Program-made: the position numbers and the translations under genes | In this document: piece by piece, positions 45,721 through 59,494 of the stretch | Layout: every line of letters begins with the position of its first letter | Position numbering within the stretch: the first letter of the stretch is position 1 | Notes under the pieces: model-generated | Database searches by the model: none | What the model was told of the DNA's origin: nothing | What the model saw: only the letters and a program-made list of their open reading frames with translations | Assembly (NCBI RefSeq): GCF_036321535.1 | Contig: NC_087447.1 | Span: forward strand, 41,294,001-41,358,000 | Origin: Camelus dromedarius | Lineage: Eukaryota | DNA: 64,000 bases | Direction: 5' to 3'

Positions 45721-46544
45721 GTACATAGTCATTTAATCCCTCTAGCCACCCTAAGAGGTGAGTATCACTTACCCTACTTGACAGATAATGAATGAGGCTC
45801 AGAGAGGGTATCCCCTGCTCAGGCTCAGACAGCTACATGGGGTTGCTCTGGGCTTCCAACCCAGGGCTCTTTGGCCCTAAAGCTCAGTCTCCTTTCCAGG
45901 GTAGCACATACCCACCCCACCCAAGGCTGCCTCCTGTTTGTGTCAGTCTTGGGGGGCCTCTTGGGGAGGGGGCTATGAAGAGGGAGGAGGGAGGTATCCT
46001 CGTATGTTTATTTAATGGAATGGGGAGGATAGAGAGCCTCTTACACCAGGGTTCTCATTGTGTTGGGAAGGTCACCGAAATGGACCTCAGAAAGTCAGCC
46101 TCTGCCAGGGAGGCCGTATGGTGTGGTAGCTGGGCAGAGACTCAGGGCCCAACTGGACCTGGGTTCAGGTCTCAGGACCACTGATGTGTTAGCTCTGTGA
46201 CCTCTGGCAAGTTACTTAACCCATTGAAGCCTGATCGTAATGAGACCTATGCCCCAGGGTCTTCATGTGGGTTGAATAAGAGACCACAAGAAAAGCACTT
46301 AGCACAGGGCTTGCCTCCCCACCACCCCACGACAGTAGCTGTTATCATCCTAGATTAAACGACAGACCGCTGCAGGCTTGGACAGATCTTCTAAAGGCCC
46401 CTTCTAATCCAAAATTTAATGCTCAAACACTGTATAACGTAGAGGAGGCAGCTCATGCACAATGCTTTTTTTTAGTTAAGAAAAGTTTTCATAAGAAAAA
46501 CTAAGGACTGAATAAATTATTTTTTCTCAAAAAAATTAAGAAAA

Positions 46545-47115
46545 GTTTTCATTGTGGTAAGATATACGTAACAAAATCTGCCATCGTCCATCTTAACTAT
46601 TTTTAAGTGTGCAGGTCAGTAGTGTTAAATACCTTCACACTGTTGCACAACCAGTCTCCGGAATTCTTTTCATCTTGCAAAACTCTCCATTCTCCACGCC
46701 CCACCTCCTGAATCACCATTCTACTTCCTGTCTCTATGACTTTGATTACTCTAGGGAAGTGGAATCACACAGAATGTGTCTTTTTGTGACTGGCTTATTT
46801 CACTTAGCATAATGTCCTTAAGGTTCATCCATGTTGCAGCATGTTTGAAATTTCCTTCCTTTTCAAGGTGGGATAATATTCCACTGTATTTATGCACCAC
46901 ATTTTGTTTATCCATTCAGACATCAGTGGACACTTGAGTTGCCTCCACCTTTTGGCTATTGTGAGTAATACTGCTATGAACACAGGTGTACAAATATCTC
47001 CTCAAGACCCTACTCTCAGTTCTTTGGTGTATATACCCAGAAGTGGGATTGCTGGATCGTATGGTAATTCTACTTACAACTTTTTGAGGAACCATGATAC
47101 TGTTTTCCGTAGTGG
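46545..47115 (-). mobile_element. L1MB-type 3' end
   Basis: GTGACTGGCTTATTTCACTTAGCATAATGTCC...ATACCCAGAAGTGGGATTGCTGGATC. Confidence 0.85.
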
Positions 47116-47635
47116 TTGCCCCAGCCACTACTCAGCCTTCGTTCCATTTGCCTTCCAGTGGACTGTTCCAGTACTGCCAAGACTGGAGAGCTAACAACGA
47201 CATTTCCCAGCCCCCAGCAGTCAGGTAATTAAGGCTTGACCATCAGATGCACTTGGGGGAGAGGCGCGGGGGCGGGCAGGGGCCATGCTTCTGCTGCCCC
47301 TGCTCTTTCTGCTGGCTCTGCTTGAGGGGCTGACGGAGCTGTGTCTGGTGGCATGAGCAGACATCCTGGTGTCCTGTCACTAGCCTCATGAATGTTGGGA
47401 GGCCAGGATCATCCCTTTTGCTGGTGGCCTGGTGTGGTGGCAGGAGCGGTGCTGGTTCTGGAGCGAGCGGCTTCCTTGGTGGCCCAGATCTTCTTTGGGA
47501 AGCTTTTCTGAAAGCTCAGCCTAAAGTCTTTCCTAAATTCCTCCTGGTAGTTCTGGTAGATGCTTAATATCCTGTCATAAATCCCTCCTTGCTTACTTTA
47601 GCTGGAGTGGATTTTGTTCTCTTCAACTAACCAAC
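47115..47635 (+). mobile_element. Old ERVL-type LTR relic
   Basis: 3' end ATAAATCCCTCCTTGCTTACTTTAGCTGGAGTGGATTTTGTTCTCTTCAACTAA resembles LTR16/LTR33-type ends. Confidence 0.45.
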
Positions 47636-48466
47636 ACAAATAGGATGGAGAGACTTTTATTGCCAGATTCTTCTTAGAGAATGCACTGTGTGTGTGTTTT
47701 GCAAGGATAAGTTGGTAAGTCCCTGGAGAGGGTGTAGTTCCCCTCCCCCTCTACCCTCACTCTCTCCCCCAACCCTGGGCCTAGGTGTTACCTGAAACTA
47801 AGTTGCTTCCGGAAAAAGGGGAGGAAAGAGACGAAAATGTGGCGAGAAGGCAGAAGGACTCAGTGAATGGCTGAAGGCCAGGAGCCACTCCCCCATATTC
47901 TGTAAAACCCGTATGTCTCAATGCTCGGTGTGATTCCGTTTTTCTGTTGTGGAAATCCAGGGAGTGACTGAATTTCATGTTGGGGAGAATGTTGTGTGGG
48001 GACTGAAGTGGTGTGTGAGGAAGCTAGAATTTTGAGAGATAAAAGGGCCAGGAGACCAGGGTCCCCACAGGGGATCAGCAGAAATCCTAGAGAGGGTGTG
48101 GAATGCCGCAGTCCATGGGACTCAGAAGTCCAGGCCACCTCCCTTGGACATCAAAGAGCAGAGACCCTCAGCGGATGTCTGGAGTACACGGGAGTGCTTT
48201 TAGGACTGGTTACCCTGTGCGTGGTCCTTTACCTTACAGCTTGGGCTCTCTCCCCCATGAAGTCTCAAAATGCTTAAGCACCTCAGTCTTTCAGAGCATC
48301 CATCACTTTCTCATCTATATTTACGTGCATTTTTGTTTGTTTGTGTACCTTCTCTGTGAGACCCTTAGCTTCTGGAAGGCCTGTCTCTGAAGTCATTACA
48401 TGCACAGTGTTGTGTGTATGGGCTTGTGTGTATTTTCTGGGGAGACTACCTGGAGCTTTAATCACA

Positions 48467-50479
48467 TTCCATGTTGTTGCAAATGGCAAAATTTCATTCT
48501 CTGTCATGGCTGAATAGCATTTTATTGTATGTATATATGAATTTATCTATTTTTATGTATATACCACATTTTCTTTATCCGTTTGTCTGTTGATGAGGTT
48601 AGGTTGCTTAGGGCGCTTCCACATCCTGGCTGCTATAAGTAATGCTGCTGTGAACATTGGGGTGCATGTATCTTTTTGAATTAGGGTTTCTGTTTTCTTC
48701 AGAGAGATATCCAGGAGTGGGATTGCTGGGTCATATGGTAGTTCTATTTTTAGTTTTTGAGAACCTCCATACTATTTTGCACAGTGACTGCATCCATTTA
48801 CATTCCCACCAGCAGTGTAGGAGGGTTCCCTCTTCTCCACATCCTGGTCAGCATTTGTTATTTGTGGTCTTTTTGATGATAGCCATTCTGGCAAGTGTGA
48901 GGTAATATCTCGTTGTGGTTCTGATTTGCATTTCTCTGGTGATTAGTGACATTGAGCATCTTTTCATGTGCCTGTTGACCATCTGTATGTATTCTTTGGA
49001 AGAATGTCTATTCAGATCTTCTACCCATTTTTTAATTGAGTTTTTTTAAAATATTGACTTACATGACCTATTTATGTATTTTGAATAGTAACCCCTTATT
49101 GGTCATATTACTGCAAGTATTTTCTCATTCAGTAGATCATCTTTTTGTTTTGTCAATGATTTCCTTTTCTGTGCAAAAGCTATTGAGTTCAATTAGGTCC
49201 CATTTATTTACTTTTGCTTTTGTTTCCTTTGTCTTAGGAGACTGATCCAAAAAAATATTGCTATTATTTATGTCAAAGAGTGTTCTGCCTATATTTTCTT
49301 CTAAGAGTTTTATGGGCTTACATTTGGATGTTTAACCCATTTTGAGTTTATTTTTGTATATAGTGTGAGAAGATGTTTTAATTTCATTCATTACATGTAG
49401 TTGTCCAGTTTTCCAAGCACCATTTATTGACGAGGCTGTCCTTTCCTCATTGTATATTCTTGCCTCCTTTGTCTTGGATTAATTGAGCATAAGTGCGTGG
49501 ATTTATTTCTGGACTCTCTAGCCTGTTGCATTGATCTATGTGTCTGTTTTTGTGCCAGTACCATACAGTTTTTGTGACTGTAGCTTTGTAGTATAATCTG
49601 AAGTCAGGAAGCATGATACTTCCAGCTTTGTTCTTCTTTCTCGAGATGGTTTTGGCTATTCAGGGTCTTTTGCGTTTCTATGCAAATTTTAAAATTATTT
49701 GTTCTGGTTCTGTGAAAAATGCCATTGGTATTTTGATATGAATTTCATTGAATTTGTAGATTGCCTTGGGTAGTATTTTAACAGTATTAATTCTTCCAAA
49801 AATGAGCATGATATGTCTTTCCATATGTTGATGTCATCTTCAGTTTCTTTCATCAGCATCTCATAGTTTTCTGAGTATTCATTTTTTTACCTCCTTAGAT
49901 TTATTCCTAAGTATTTTATTCTTTTTGATGTGATTGTAAATGGGATTGTTTCCTTAATTTCTCTTTCTGATAGTTCATTGTTAGTGTATATAAATGTGAC
50001 AGATTTCTATATATTAATTTTGTTTCCTTCATCTTACCGAATTCATTGATAAGCTCTAGTAGTTTTCTGGTCGCATCTTTAGGATTTTCTATGTATAGTA
50101 TCATGTCATCTGCAAGCAGTGACACTTTTACTTCTTCCTTTCCGATTTGGATTCCTTCCATTTCTTTTTCTGATTTCTGTGGCTAGGACTTCCCATACTA
50201 TGTTGAATACAAGTGGCAAGAGTGGGCATCCTAGTTTTGTTCCTGCTCTTATAGGAAATTCTTTCAGTTTTTCACCATTGAGTATGATATTAGCTGTGGG
50301 CTTATTGTATATGACCTTTATTATGTTGAGGTATGTTCCCTCTACACCCACTTTGTGGAGAGTTTTTGTCATAAATGGATATTGAATGTTGTCAAAAGCT
50401 TTTTCTGCACCTATTGAGATGATCATATGATTTTTATTCTTCAGTTTGTTAATGTGATGTATCACATTGATTGATTTGC
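48467..50479 (-). mobile_element. L1 ORF2 fragment (~2 kb: RT domain and C-terminal part), disrupted
   Basis: ORFs 50106..50465 ([20 protein letters not shown]) and 49916..50161 ([16 protein letters not shown]) are L1 RT motifs with frameshifts. Confidence 0.93.
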
Positions 50480-50552
50480 AGCTGATGGCAAGGGTTTCAT
50501 ATGACTCATTTCTATGTTTCTTGTGGCTATACAGAGCCTGATAGGTAATAAC

Positions 50553-50812
50553 TGTGGTAGTTTTAGAATATGCTCACAAGTTCTTTCTTTTCTCTTCAAA
50601 AAGTGGAGTCTTATTCTTTTCCTTTTAAGTCAGGGCTAAGCTTTCTATTAGAAAATGAATAGAATGTGGCAGAAGTGATGTGTGACTTCTGAGACTAGGT
50701 CATAAAAGACGTGGCCTTATCACTCTTGGACACTCCAGCAGCCCTACGGAGAGGGCCACATGGCAAGGAACTGAGAGGCCTCCTGCCAACAACCAGCACT
50801 AACTTGCCAGGC
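50553..50812 (+). mobile_element. MaLR LTR fragment (MLT1-type)
   Basis: AGAATGTGGCAGAAGTGATG...GACTTCTGAGACTAGGTCATAAAAG...CCACATGGCAAGGAACTGAG. Confidence 0.65.
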
Positions 50813-53800
50813 ATTTTCTTCTCCTAGGAGGGGAACTCCCATCCAACCTGGGAGAACATTCAAGGCTGTTGCTTCCCCTGATCCATTACAGTGATTAAAA
50901 ACCACATCCTGTTGACTTATCTATATTTCCCATGAGTTGAGTCTTGGTGGACAAAATAGAACTGAGGCTGGGAGTTCTCTGTTTTCATTCAGAGTTACTG
51001 GTTGGTTTTGGCCAAGCCTGATTAATCCTGTCGAGAAAGGTGAGGACCGACATCAGTAGCTCAGAATCCCCTCACCTCTCCTTGTTGAAGAGGAGCTTGT
51101 GGTCCTGATGAACCCCAGGTATTTTGGTATGTCTCTCAGCAGAAGAAGGAGAACCTATCAAGGAGGGGTCTTCCAGACCCCAGACTACCCTGGTGCACTG
51201 CATGCACCTGAGTGGTCTGGAAAGGCTCTTCCACACAGCCGAGACAGAAGGGTTGTTACCCAGCAGCAATGCAAAAGCGTTAAGACTTGCCCTTCAAGCA
51301 ATGCCTCCAACAGGAGAGGCCACCATCTCTCAGCTTCCTGTGGCAGCTGGGGGTAAATGAGCATCTGGCCTCAAGCAAATCAGCTGAGGGTAAAAATCTG
51401 CTTCTGTAAGAGGGCAGGGCCTTGGCAATCCTTGGCCTGCTCTCCCCATGCTGAAATCCTACATCTTCTTTTCTTTCTCAGTCAGTACATTTTCATTGTA
51501 AAATAAAGTTCAAACAACACAGTTATATGGAGTAAAAAAAGCGAATGTCCTCCTTTATAACTTACCTTCAGTTCCATTTCCTCCCCACAGGTAACTGCAG
51601 CTAACAGTTTGACAAGCAGCTTGCCAGTCCTCATGGATATGAAGGTATCACACTGTTTTTTGGCTCTGCAATTTGTTTGTTATTTTTATTTGGTGGTAAA
51701 TCATTGGCATCTTTTTTTAGGTCGGTACATACAGATCTAACCTTGTCTTTTTTCTAATAGCTATATAATTGCCATAGTATATGTGAGAGGAAGAAAAGGT
51801 ATGCTAAAAATAACCACTTTGCACTGCCCTCTGTGGCATGGGGAGTGAGAGTGTTGACTGGAGCATCTTGGGGGCTTGGGGCGGGGGGAGTGTTGGGGAA
51901 GGAGTTATGGAGAGCTGAGTTAGTCTTATAATAGAGGGGAGGGACTTGGAGCCTCTGAGGCTGTCTGGGAGGAGAAATGAAAAGGGGAGGGAGATGCAGG
52001 AAGTCAGAGGTTGCTAACAAGATGGAATATGAGTGCCCTGCATAGTGAACCCTCCACACATCGCTCTCATCTTTAGCCAGCTTACTAAATGCATGACTGA
52101 ATATATTCCTCGTGTCTTGAGTGTTTCTGTGGAATGACATCTCAAGGATGCTATTACTGGGTCAAAAAGTAGAATTTCTCTATGGTTCTTGTGACATTGT
52201 TAAACTTATCAAAAGGGCTGTAAGTTATTTTGCTACTTACAATGTTTCCCTGTGTGGGAAGATTGAAAGGAATCCCAGTTTAGGGAGCGCATTTCTAGAA
52301 TCTGACAGCAGAGTCTGACAGGTCAGCACATATGTATGGATGCCTACCATGTGCTATGTTCTGATGCTGAGGAGACCAAGTTGGCTCAGGTATCTGCCTC
52401 AGCTCTGAGCCCCATGGAGCTGACGTGCTTGGGGGCAGGACATGCACGCAGAGAGTGGCTGTGAATACAAGGAAAGCCACAGGCCAGAAGCAGCTAATGT
52501 TTGACACCCATGCCTCCCTGCCCATGTCCACACTTCTGTCCACTGATTGATCTTGGAACTCCTCCTTGCTGAGCCCAGATGTCTCTTCAGAATCCTTCTC
52601 AACACAGTGCTCCAGGCAGACACTACCAACCAATCAGAATTAGACTGAATGGAACATATTTGCCTTCTCCTCTATAGGCTCAACCTGAAATGGGATTCTA
52701 AACTTTCGCCTTTTCAAAACATATGTTAGATTATATACAACTAATGAAAGGCAAGTATTTGCACCAGGGGATGTCCTGCAATGGTGTGAAAATGGGTGAG
52801 CAGAGCTCAGAGGGAAGCAGGTCCCCTGCCACCAACTTCCTGAAGGCTGGCCTTGGTCCCAACTGGTGAGCCCATAAGCTCATATCTGATACCCCAGCCA
52901 CTTGGGGAAGCAGTGGTGGCCAGCTGATAGTGGCTGGGAAATACTCAGGAAGTGACTGGGGCAGGTCTTCTGGGCCTGTTGGTCCCTTATCTGGTAGGAA
53001 GTCAGGGCCTGGAATCAGAAGAGAAATGAGGAAGGCATGTTTTGTCCAGCGCTGTTAAAAGCCTTTCATAACCCTTGGACTTGAACCAGACATAGTAGGG
53101 GCAGAGAGCCCCAAATAGAAACCAGTATGGCTCTCTAAGTCTGCCATTGGGTGAACTGCTTTACACGAGATTTTCCCCATTTGCCTCCTTTGCCCAAAGG
53201 GAGTTATTTCTCCGGTAGTTACACAGAAAGCCCCACCAAAGTCAGACCCATGGGAATCAGCTTCAGAGACCAGTGACTGCTGACCTGGGGCCGCATCTTC
53301 TCTGAGAGGCTCCTGTGGTCTCTCCCCACCTTCTGGCCTTGAATTTCAGCCTCTTCGGTCTCCGTGGGTCCCAGATCCTGCACTTCTGCCCCATCTTGTC
53401 CTTATTCCTCTCCAGGCTCAATTCCAAGTAACTGCCCAACTGTTTCCTGCCTACACGGACTTCTCATTGGCATCTCTTAGTGCCCAGTGCCACTCACCCT
53501 GGAGAACCATGACCGAGCCTGTCAGGTCCATGAGTACTGACTCACCCCTCACCTTCCTGCCAAATCCTGTTAACTGGGCCTCACCTCTCAGCCCTTGTTG
53601 GCCTTTTGGCCTCCCTGGTCCCTGCATGGCCATCTTGGCCATCTGGGAACTGCCAAGTGTTGTGTACTCTGAGTGGCATGCTGGGAAGCCCATTGTATTC
53701 ATAACAGTGAATTGAGCATGTCCTCCCAGGAAGTAGAATGACCAGGCGTAGAACCCGCGAGCCCGGTTGCCATGACAGCATTATGCATAAGGACATCCCT

Positions 53801-54036
53801 TCTGTCCGAGGCAGTGATGGGTGGTGCAGAAAAGAACAGGGATTTCAGAGTCAGGCAGCAGAGTTCAAATCTTGGCTCCGCAACTTAATACTGTGGGCAA
53901 GTGTCTTAACATTTCATAGTCATAGAGTCCTCGTTTGGAAAATGAGGCTAAATAAAAGCACTTGATTCATGGGTTGTTGTAGGACCAACTGGAATAAGTG
54001 ATCATGATTTACAGTGAGAATTTTTTAATGGGAAGA

Positions 54037-54442
54037 GTATTAGTTTGTTAGGGATGTCATAACAAAGTAGCACAAACGGAGTGGATTAAACAACAGAAGT
54101 ATTTTGTCTCGCAGCTCTGGAGGCTGGAAGTCTGAATCAAGATGTCTGCGGGGTTGGTTCCGTCTGAGGGCTGTTCGGGAAGGATCTGTTCCAGGCCTCT
54201 CTCCTTGGCTTGTAGAAGGCCATCTTCTCCTGTGTCTCTTCACATAGTGCTCTCCATGTGTGTGTCTGTCCAAATTCCCTTTTTATAAGGACACCAGTCA
54301 TTGGATTAGGCCCACCCTAGGGACCTCACCTTAACTAATTACATCTGCAATGATCCTTTTTTCCAATATGGTCGCATTCTGAGGTATTGGGGGTTAAGAC
54401 TTCAACATATGAATTTTGGGGTGACACAATTCAACCCATAGT
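54037..54442 (-). mobile_element. MaLR solo LTR (MLT1-type)
   Basis: GTATTAGTTTGTTAGGGATGTCATAACAAAGT...CTGGAGGCTGGAAGTCTGAATCAAG...GACACAATTCAACCCATA. Confidence 0.85.
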
Positions 54443-55507
54443 AGTAAACTATCATTATTTGTCAGGAGCTCTTATAAAGCCCTGATAGTTGATGGGATTT
54501 TAGTGGAATTAAACCATTCAACCTTCGGCGTGAACTGCGTTCTACTGAGATACCTGTTGTATCAGTCACACACTGGAAGTGGCAGGTCTGTGGGGCCCCA
54601 CAAGCTCCGGAGTTCATGTGTAGGAGCTAATATTACAAAGTCGTTGTTTTTTCCCCTTTTCTCTAAGCAGCAGTGGCAGTGAGGTGGGGTGGTGATGTTG
54701 GTAGTGGTGGACTCACGAGGGTCAGGCAGGCTGTACTTGAGCCTGGTGTCCCTGTTGGATCCCTAGGGTTCAAGACCAGATCCTGACTCTGTTCGCCTCC
54801 TTTCCCTCCCACCTCCACCCCAAGTCACCAGCAGGAAGCTTCAGGCCTCATGGCAAACTCCAACATCGCTGGGAATTCATTCCCTGAGGAGTGGAGGGGC
54901 TGACAGCTCCCCACCTTCCCTGTTCTGTGGGAAACCTGGGTACCTATGGAGGCAGGAGTACAAGTAGCACCCAGAGGCTGACAACTGGGTCTTCTTTATG
55001 TGGTACCAAAGGAAGTGGGAAAGCTGGAAGTTAGAGGGACCTCAGTATGTGCAGGTTGAACAGAAGACCTTTCATAACCTCTATAAATTCTGTACACCCC
55101 AATCCATCTTGGTGCTGTTCACTGGAGCCCAGTGTCATGGCTGGCTGTCCCTGCACCCCCCTCCAAGGAGAGTCGTATTCAGAAAGGCTCTGCCCTGAGA
55201 GGGAGGCACGAGCGTAGGTGCTTGAGTTTGGGATGCCCACTTCCGGCATTAAGGTTGCAGCATCTTAACGCCCAGGTGACCTGAGTTTAGATGGTTGTTG
55301 TGTCTGCTTCTCACCAGGTCAAGGCTCTGCCTTTGAACACAGGGCTGGATTTGTGTGGCTGGAGACAGCTGTGAGCCCTGGGATGTGGCCAAGCCTGGGG
55401 ACACTGTGGCTTCATCCCCAGCTTCATCCTTGAGGGCGTGCTGGCTTGATGAGAACACAGCCTCTATTCTTTCTTTCTTCTGTTAACTACCCCAGAATTC
55501 CCTTTCT

Positions 55508-56197
55508 CTTTTTCTTAAATTGAAGTATAGTCAATTTATAATGTTGTGTTAATTTCTGGTGTACAGCATAGTGATTCAGTTATACATATGTATGTATTCT
55601 TTTTCATATTCTTTTTCATTATAGGCCATTACAGGTATTGAATATAGTTCCCTGTGCTATACAGTAGGACCTTGTTGTTTATCTGTTTTATATATAGTAG
55701 TTAGTATCTGCAAATCCCAAACTCCCAATTTATCCCTCCCCACCCTCTTCCCACCTTGGTAACGATAAGTTTGTTTTGTATGTCTGTGAATCTGTCTCTG
55801 TTTTGTAAATAAGTTCATTTTGTCCTTTTTTAAAAAAGATCCACATATAAGTGATATCATACGGTATTTTTCTTTTTCTTTCTGGCTTACTTCACTTAGT
55901 ATGATGATCTCCAGGTCTATCCATGTTGCTGCAAATGACATTATTTTATTCTTTTTTATGGTTGAATTGTATTCCATTGTATATGTCTATCACAACTTCT
56001 TTATCCAGTCATCTGTCAATGGACATTTAGGTTTCTTCCATGTCTTGGATATTGTAAATAGTGCTGCTGTGAACATTGGGATGTGTATATCTTTTCAAAT
56101 TAGAGTTTCTTCTGGATATACGTTCAGGAGTGGGACTGCTGAATCATAGGGTAAGTCTATTTTCAGTTTTTTAGGGAATCTCCACACTGTTTTCCAT
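55508..56197 (-). mobile_element. 5'-truncated L1 with 12-bp target-site duplication
   Basis: ORF 55657..55977 begins with the ORF2 C-terminus; AATTCCCTTTCT at 55496-55507 and 56198-56209. Confidence 0.92.
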
Positions 56198-56229
56198 AAT
56201 TCCCTTTCTAGTTTCATCTTTGAGATCAG

Positions 56230-56760
56230 CTCTGATTCAGCAGATATTTATTGAATATACACACCATACTAGCAATTTAATACATGACACTGCCCTCAAG
56301 GAATTTACATTCAAATAAAGGTTTCACTGAAGCAAAGGCAGAGAGTGACGAGGATGGCTATTTAGATGATGACAAGTACTAAGAAGCAGAGAGAAATGAG
56401 AAGTTGCTTCCAAGTGGGACGGCTTCATGGAGGAGGTGGTATTTGTCTTGAGTTGTAAAGAATGGCTCAACTTTCGATGAGTACAGAGAGGGAGGAGGGC
56501 TTCAGAGGGGAAAGAACAGACTGTGAAAAGATAGGAAGGTTGGAACCTGCAGAGCATTCTCTGAGAGCGCGTATTTAGGTCTCGCCTGAGCACGAGGCTG
56601 GGGATTTGTGTGGGACTAGAAAGGGAAATGAAATGAGAAGGGTAGCTTGTGCCTGGATTGGGTTTGCCATTGAGGGATTTAGAGTTTATCCTGTAAGCCA
56701 TGAGGACGACATTGAAGAGGTTCAGGCCAGCTCGACAGCCCGACCCTGATTGTGCCTGGA
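56230..56760 (-). mobile_element. L2 3' fragment
   Basis: ATTCAGCAGATATTTATTGA...CTGCCCTCAAGGAATTTACATTC...GGCTTCATGGAGGAGGTG. Confidence 0.6.
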
Positions 56761-57520
56761 GAAGACTGTTGGGGTTGCCTCCCGTGCAGTGGGTTCATGT
56801 GGCAGGGGTTGGGGGTGGGGCTGGAAAACCGGAGGCTGCTGCCTCTTTCTGTCTCCAGGAGAGAGATGGGGTGTGACCTCAGCTGGCTGGATGGGTCAGG
56901 AGTCAGAGTGGATGAATGATGACTTAGAGCAAGAATGGGATTGCTGGATCATAGGATAAGTCTATTTTCAGGAGGGCAAGAGGGCTGGAGACAGGATTAC
57001 CTGCTTCCTCCCCCCAGCGCAGCCAGCTGGGTAGGTGCTAGAGATGGTGACCCAATGGCAGGTGCGCACAGTGGATTCTGACTGGCGCGCGTGGTGACCA
57101 AGCAGTAAGCAGCAGTTATTTCACTGTCCCTCAACAGCATGGGTCCAAAGTAAGTTGGCGATGCCTCTCTAGTGGTGATCCGGACGACAGGGAAGCCTAA
57201 GTTGGCAACAGCTGGAATCTCAGATAAGTAGCCAGGAGCCAGGAGCTCTGTTATGGCTCCTGCCTAGTTGTGCATTTTGACTGCACTTTCTTCATTCTGC
57301 TCTGTACTCAGGCCCCTTGGTCAGCTCAGCAAGTGCCTGGACTAGCTTGTCTTCCAGGTTTGCCCTTATTCAAGGTGCTTGAGTCCAAGATTCATGAATT
57401 CCATCCTCTGGTCTGATCTCTGTAACCACAGCTTTTCCCTGAAAGCCTCCCAGCTTTTCTAAAACCACAGGCTTCAGTTGTAAGAAGTATATGAAAGTAC
57501 CAGCTGGTCCTTTGCCCTTT

Positions 57521-57642
57521 GGGCATCTTTTCATATGTCTGTTGGCCATTTGTATGTCTTCTTTGGAAAAATGTCTATTTACTTCCTCTGCCCGTTTTTT
57601 AATCGGGTTATTTTTTTGTTTGATGTTGAGTTGTATGAGTTC
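57521..57642 (-). mobile_element. Short internal L1 ORF2 fragment
   Basis: Encodes [30 protein letters not shown] within ORF 57370..57705. Confidence 0.8.
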
Positions 57643-57839
57643 CCTTCTGTAAATAGTTGTAATTTTGGTGTGCTTATGGGAGGAGGTGCCTTGGCCACTG
57701 ATCAATCTTCTTTAAGTAACGGCATAGACTAATTTTTGAGAGAGGTTATAGGCATTTCGGGGAGTCCAAAACTTCTATTTCACATGAACTCATTGGAGTC
57801 TTTTTTTTTTTTTTTTTTTTGGCTTTTCACTAGTTAGGG

Positions 57840-57988
57840 CAGTGGTTCTCAAATTTCAGTGGGAATTTCTTAGAAAGCTTGCTAGAAATGACAGAATTCC
57901 CAGCTCTACCACCCCCAATCTGGGCTAGAATCCAGGAACCTAAATTTAAAGCATGCATAGTAGGTGATCACATGTTGAGATACACTAC
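57840..57988. mobile_element. MER5-like DNA transposon relic
   Basis: CAGTGGTTCTCAAA start and TTGAGATACACTA end. Confidence 0.55.
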
Positions 57989-59494
57989 TTTGGGAGAAGG
58001 CTTTCAAATGTAAGCCTGCCTTGATAGAGTAATTAGGGGAGGATGCACAATTTCAATTTCATATAATTCTATTTTTTGTTTATACAGAGGATTTAGTTGA
58101 ATACAAAACCAAGTGCCATATGATTTTTAGGTCATCAGGAGACTTTTCCTTTAAGTACATTCACAAATCAGAAAAGAAATCTGTCTTGCCAAAGTGTTTT
58201 CTTAGTTTTTGGTTCAAAGCTTACGGTCACCCTCTAAGGGCAAACTTTAGCATGCCGTTTGTTCAGATGAAATGGTAATTGCTGACTCTCCAAGTGCCAA
58301 GTGTGGGGCTGCTTAAGGCCTTGAACAGCCTGGGCCTGGAACAGAAAGACTCTGGCACTTGGAGTATTTTCAGCATTTTACAATTCCTGAGTTGTTCTTG
58401 GCTGAATAGGTTTGCTTCCTCTAGAAATGGGGACCTCTCCTTGTGAATGGGGACACGCTGGCCTTGTGCTCGCTGTGCACTTGCTGCAGGGTTTGCTTCT
58501 GGGGCTCTGCTCCTCCTACCCCTTTTCTAGCAAAGCTGGAAGCTCCCAGTGTAGGATAGGCGGCAGAGAGTTGTAGCCAGAGATGGACTCTAGGTAGGGC
58601 GGTGGCCATTCTTAGCAGAGGAGGGAGGGGCATGAGACCTAGGACACTCCAGGGCAACCTTGACCTTTAGAGCTATGCTCAGGCAGGTTTAAGTTTCCAC
58701 TTTCAAGATGACAGAGAGTGGAGATCCTTCTCTGGAGAGGCTCCTGGCACTACAGTAGCAGAGGGAATGTCTAAGAGGAAGACAGGCAAAGACACGAAAA
58801 AGGAAATGGAGTCAAATTAGAAGAGGAAAGGGGACTAAAGAGATGAGGATCAGACCAAGGGCATCAGAGGGAGGCAAGCAAATGTTGTGGTTTAGAGAGA
58901 AAATTCTGGACTTAGAGATGTTTGGGTTTGAATCAGAACTCTGCCACCTGCTAGATCTGTGTCTTTGAAAAGGATACTTCACCTTTCTAAGTCTTTGTTT
59001 CTGTAAAAAGGGGTAGTATTTCTACCTACTTATAAATTCTTGTGTGGATTAAAGTAATTTGTATGAAGTGCTTAACAGAGCTTATCTGGCATCTGGTTAC
59101 CAATGATTGACTGTTTACTGTTACAATGATAGGCCATCTTCTTGATTTTGCATATAATTCGTATGAACTGCCTTCCCAGCTTGGAGTACAACTAAAATCA
59201 TCTCCCTTAAAATTTCTGTGTACCCACATGCCTGTCTTTTAGCAGGAAGTCCAGTGTCTTCCACTTGAGGTACATCCTCCCTCGCCTTTCCTAATAACCT
59301 CAGAGGTTTCCTCAGTCCAAAGGGAAGTCCTGCAGCCAAATGCCAGGCAGAGAGAGAACTCTATGAGTCTCATTGGTCCAACGGTGATGTTGCTGCCACT
59401 CTTCTGTAGCCACCATCTGGTGTCATATTGAAAACAGGTCTTGTGTAGTTGTGGGTCATTGCCATGATAATGCCCTCATTAGTCTAGAGCTCTC

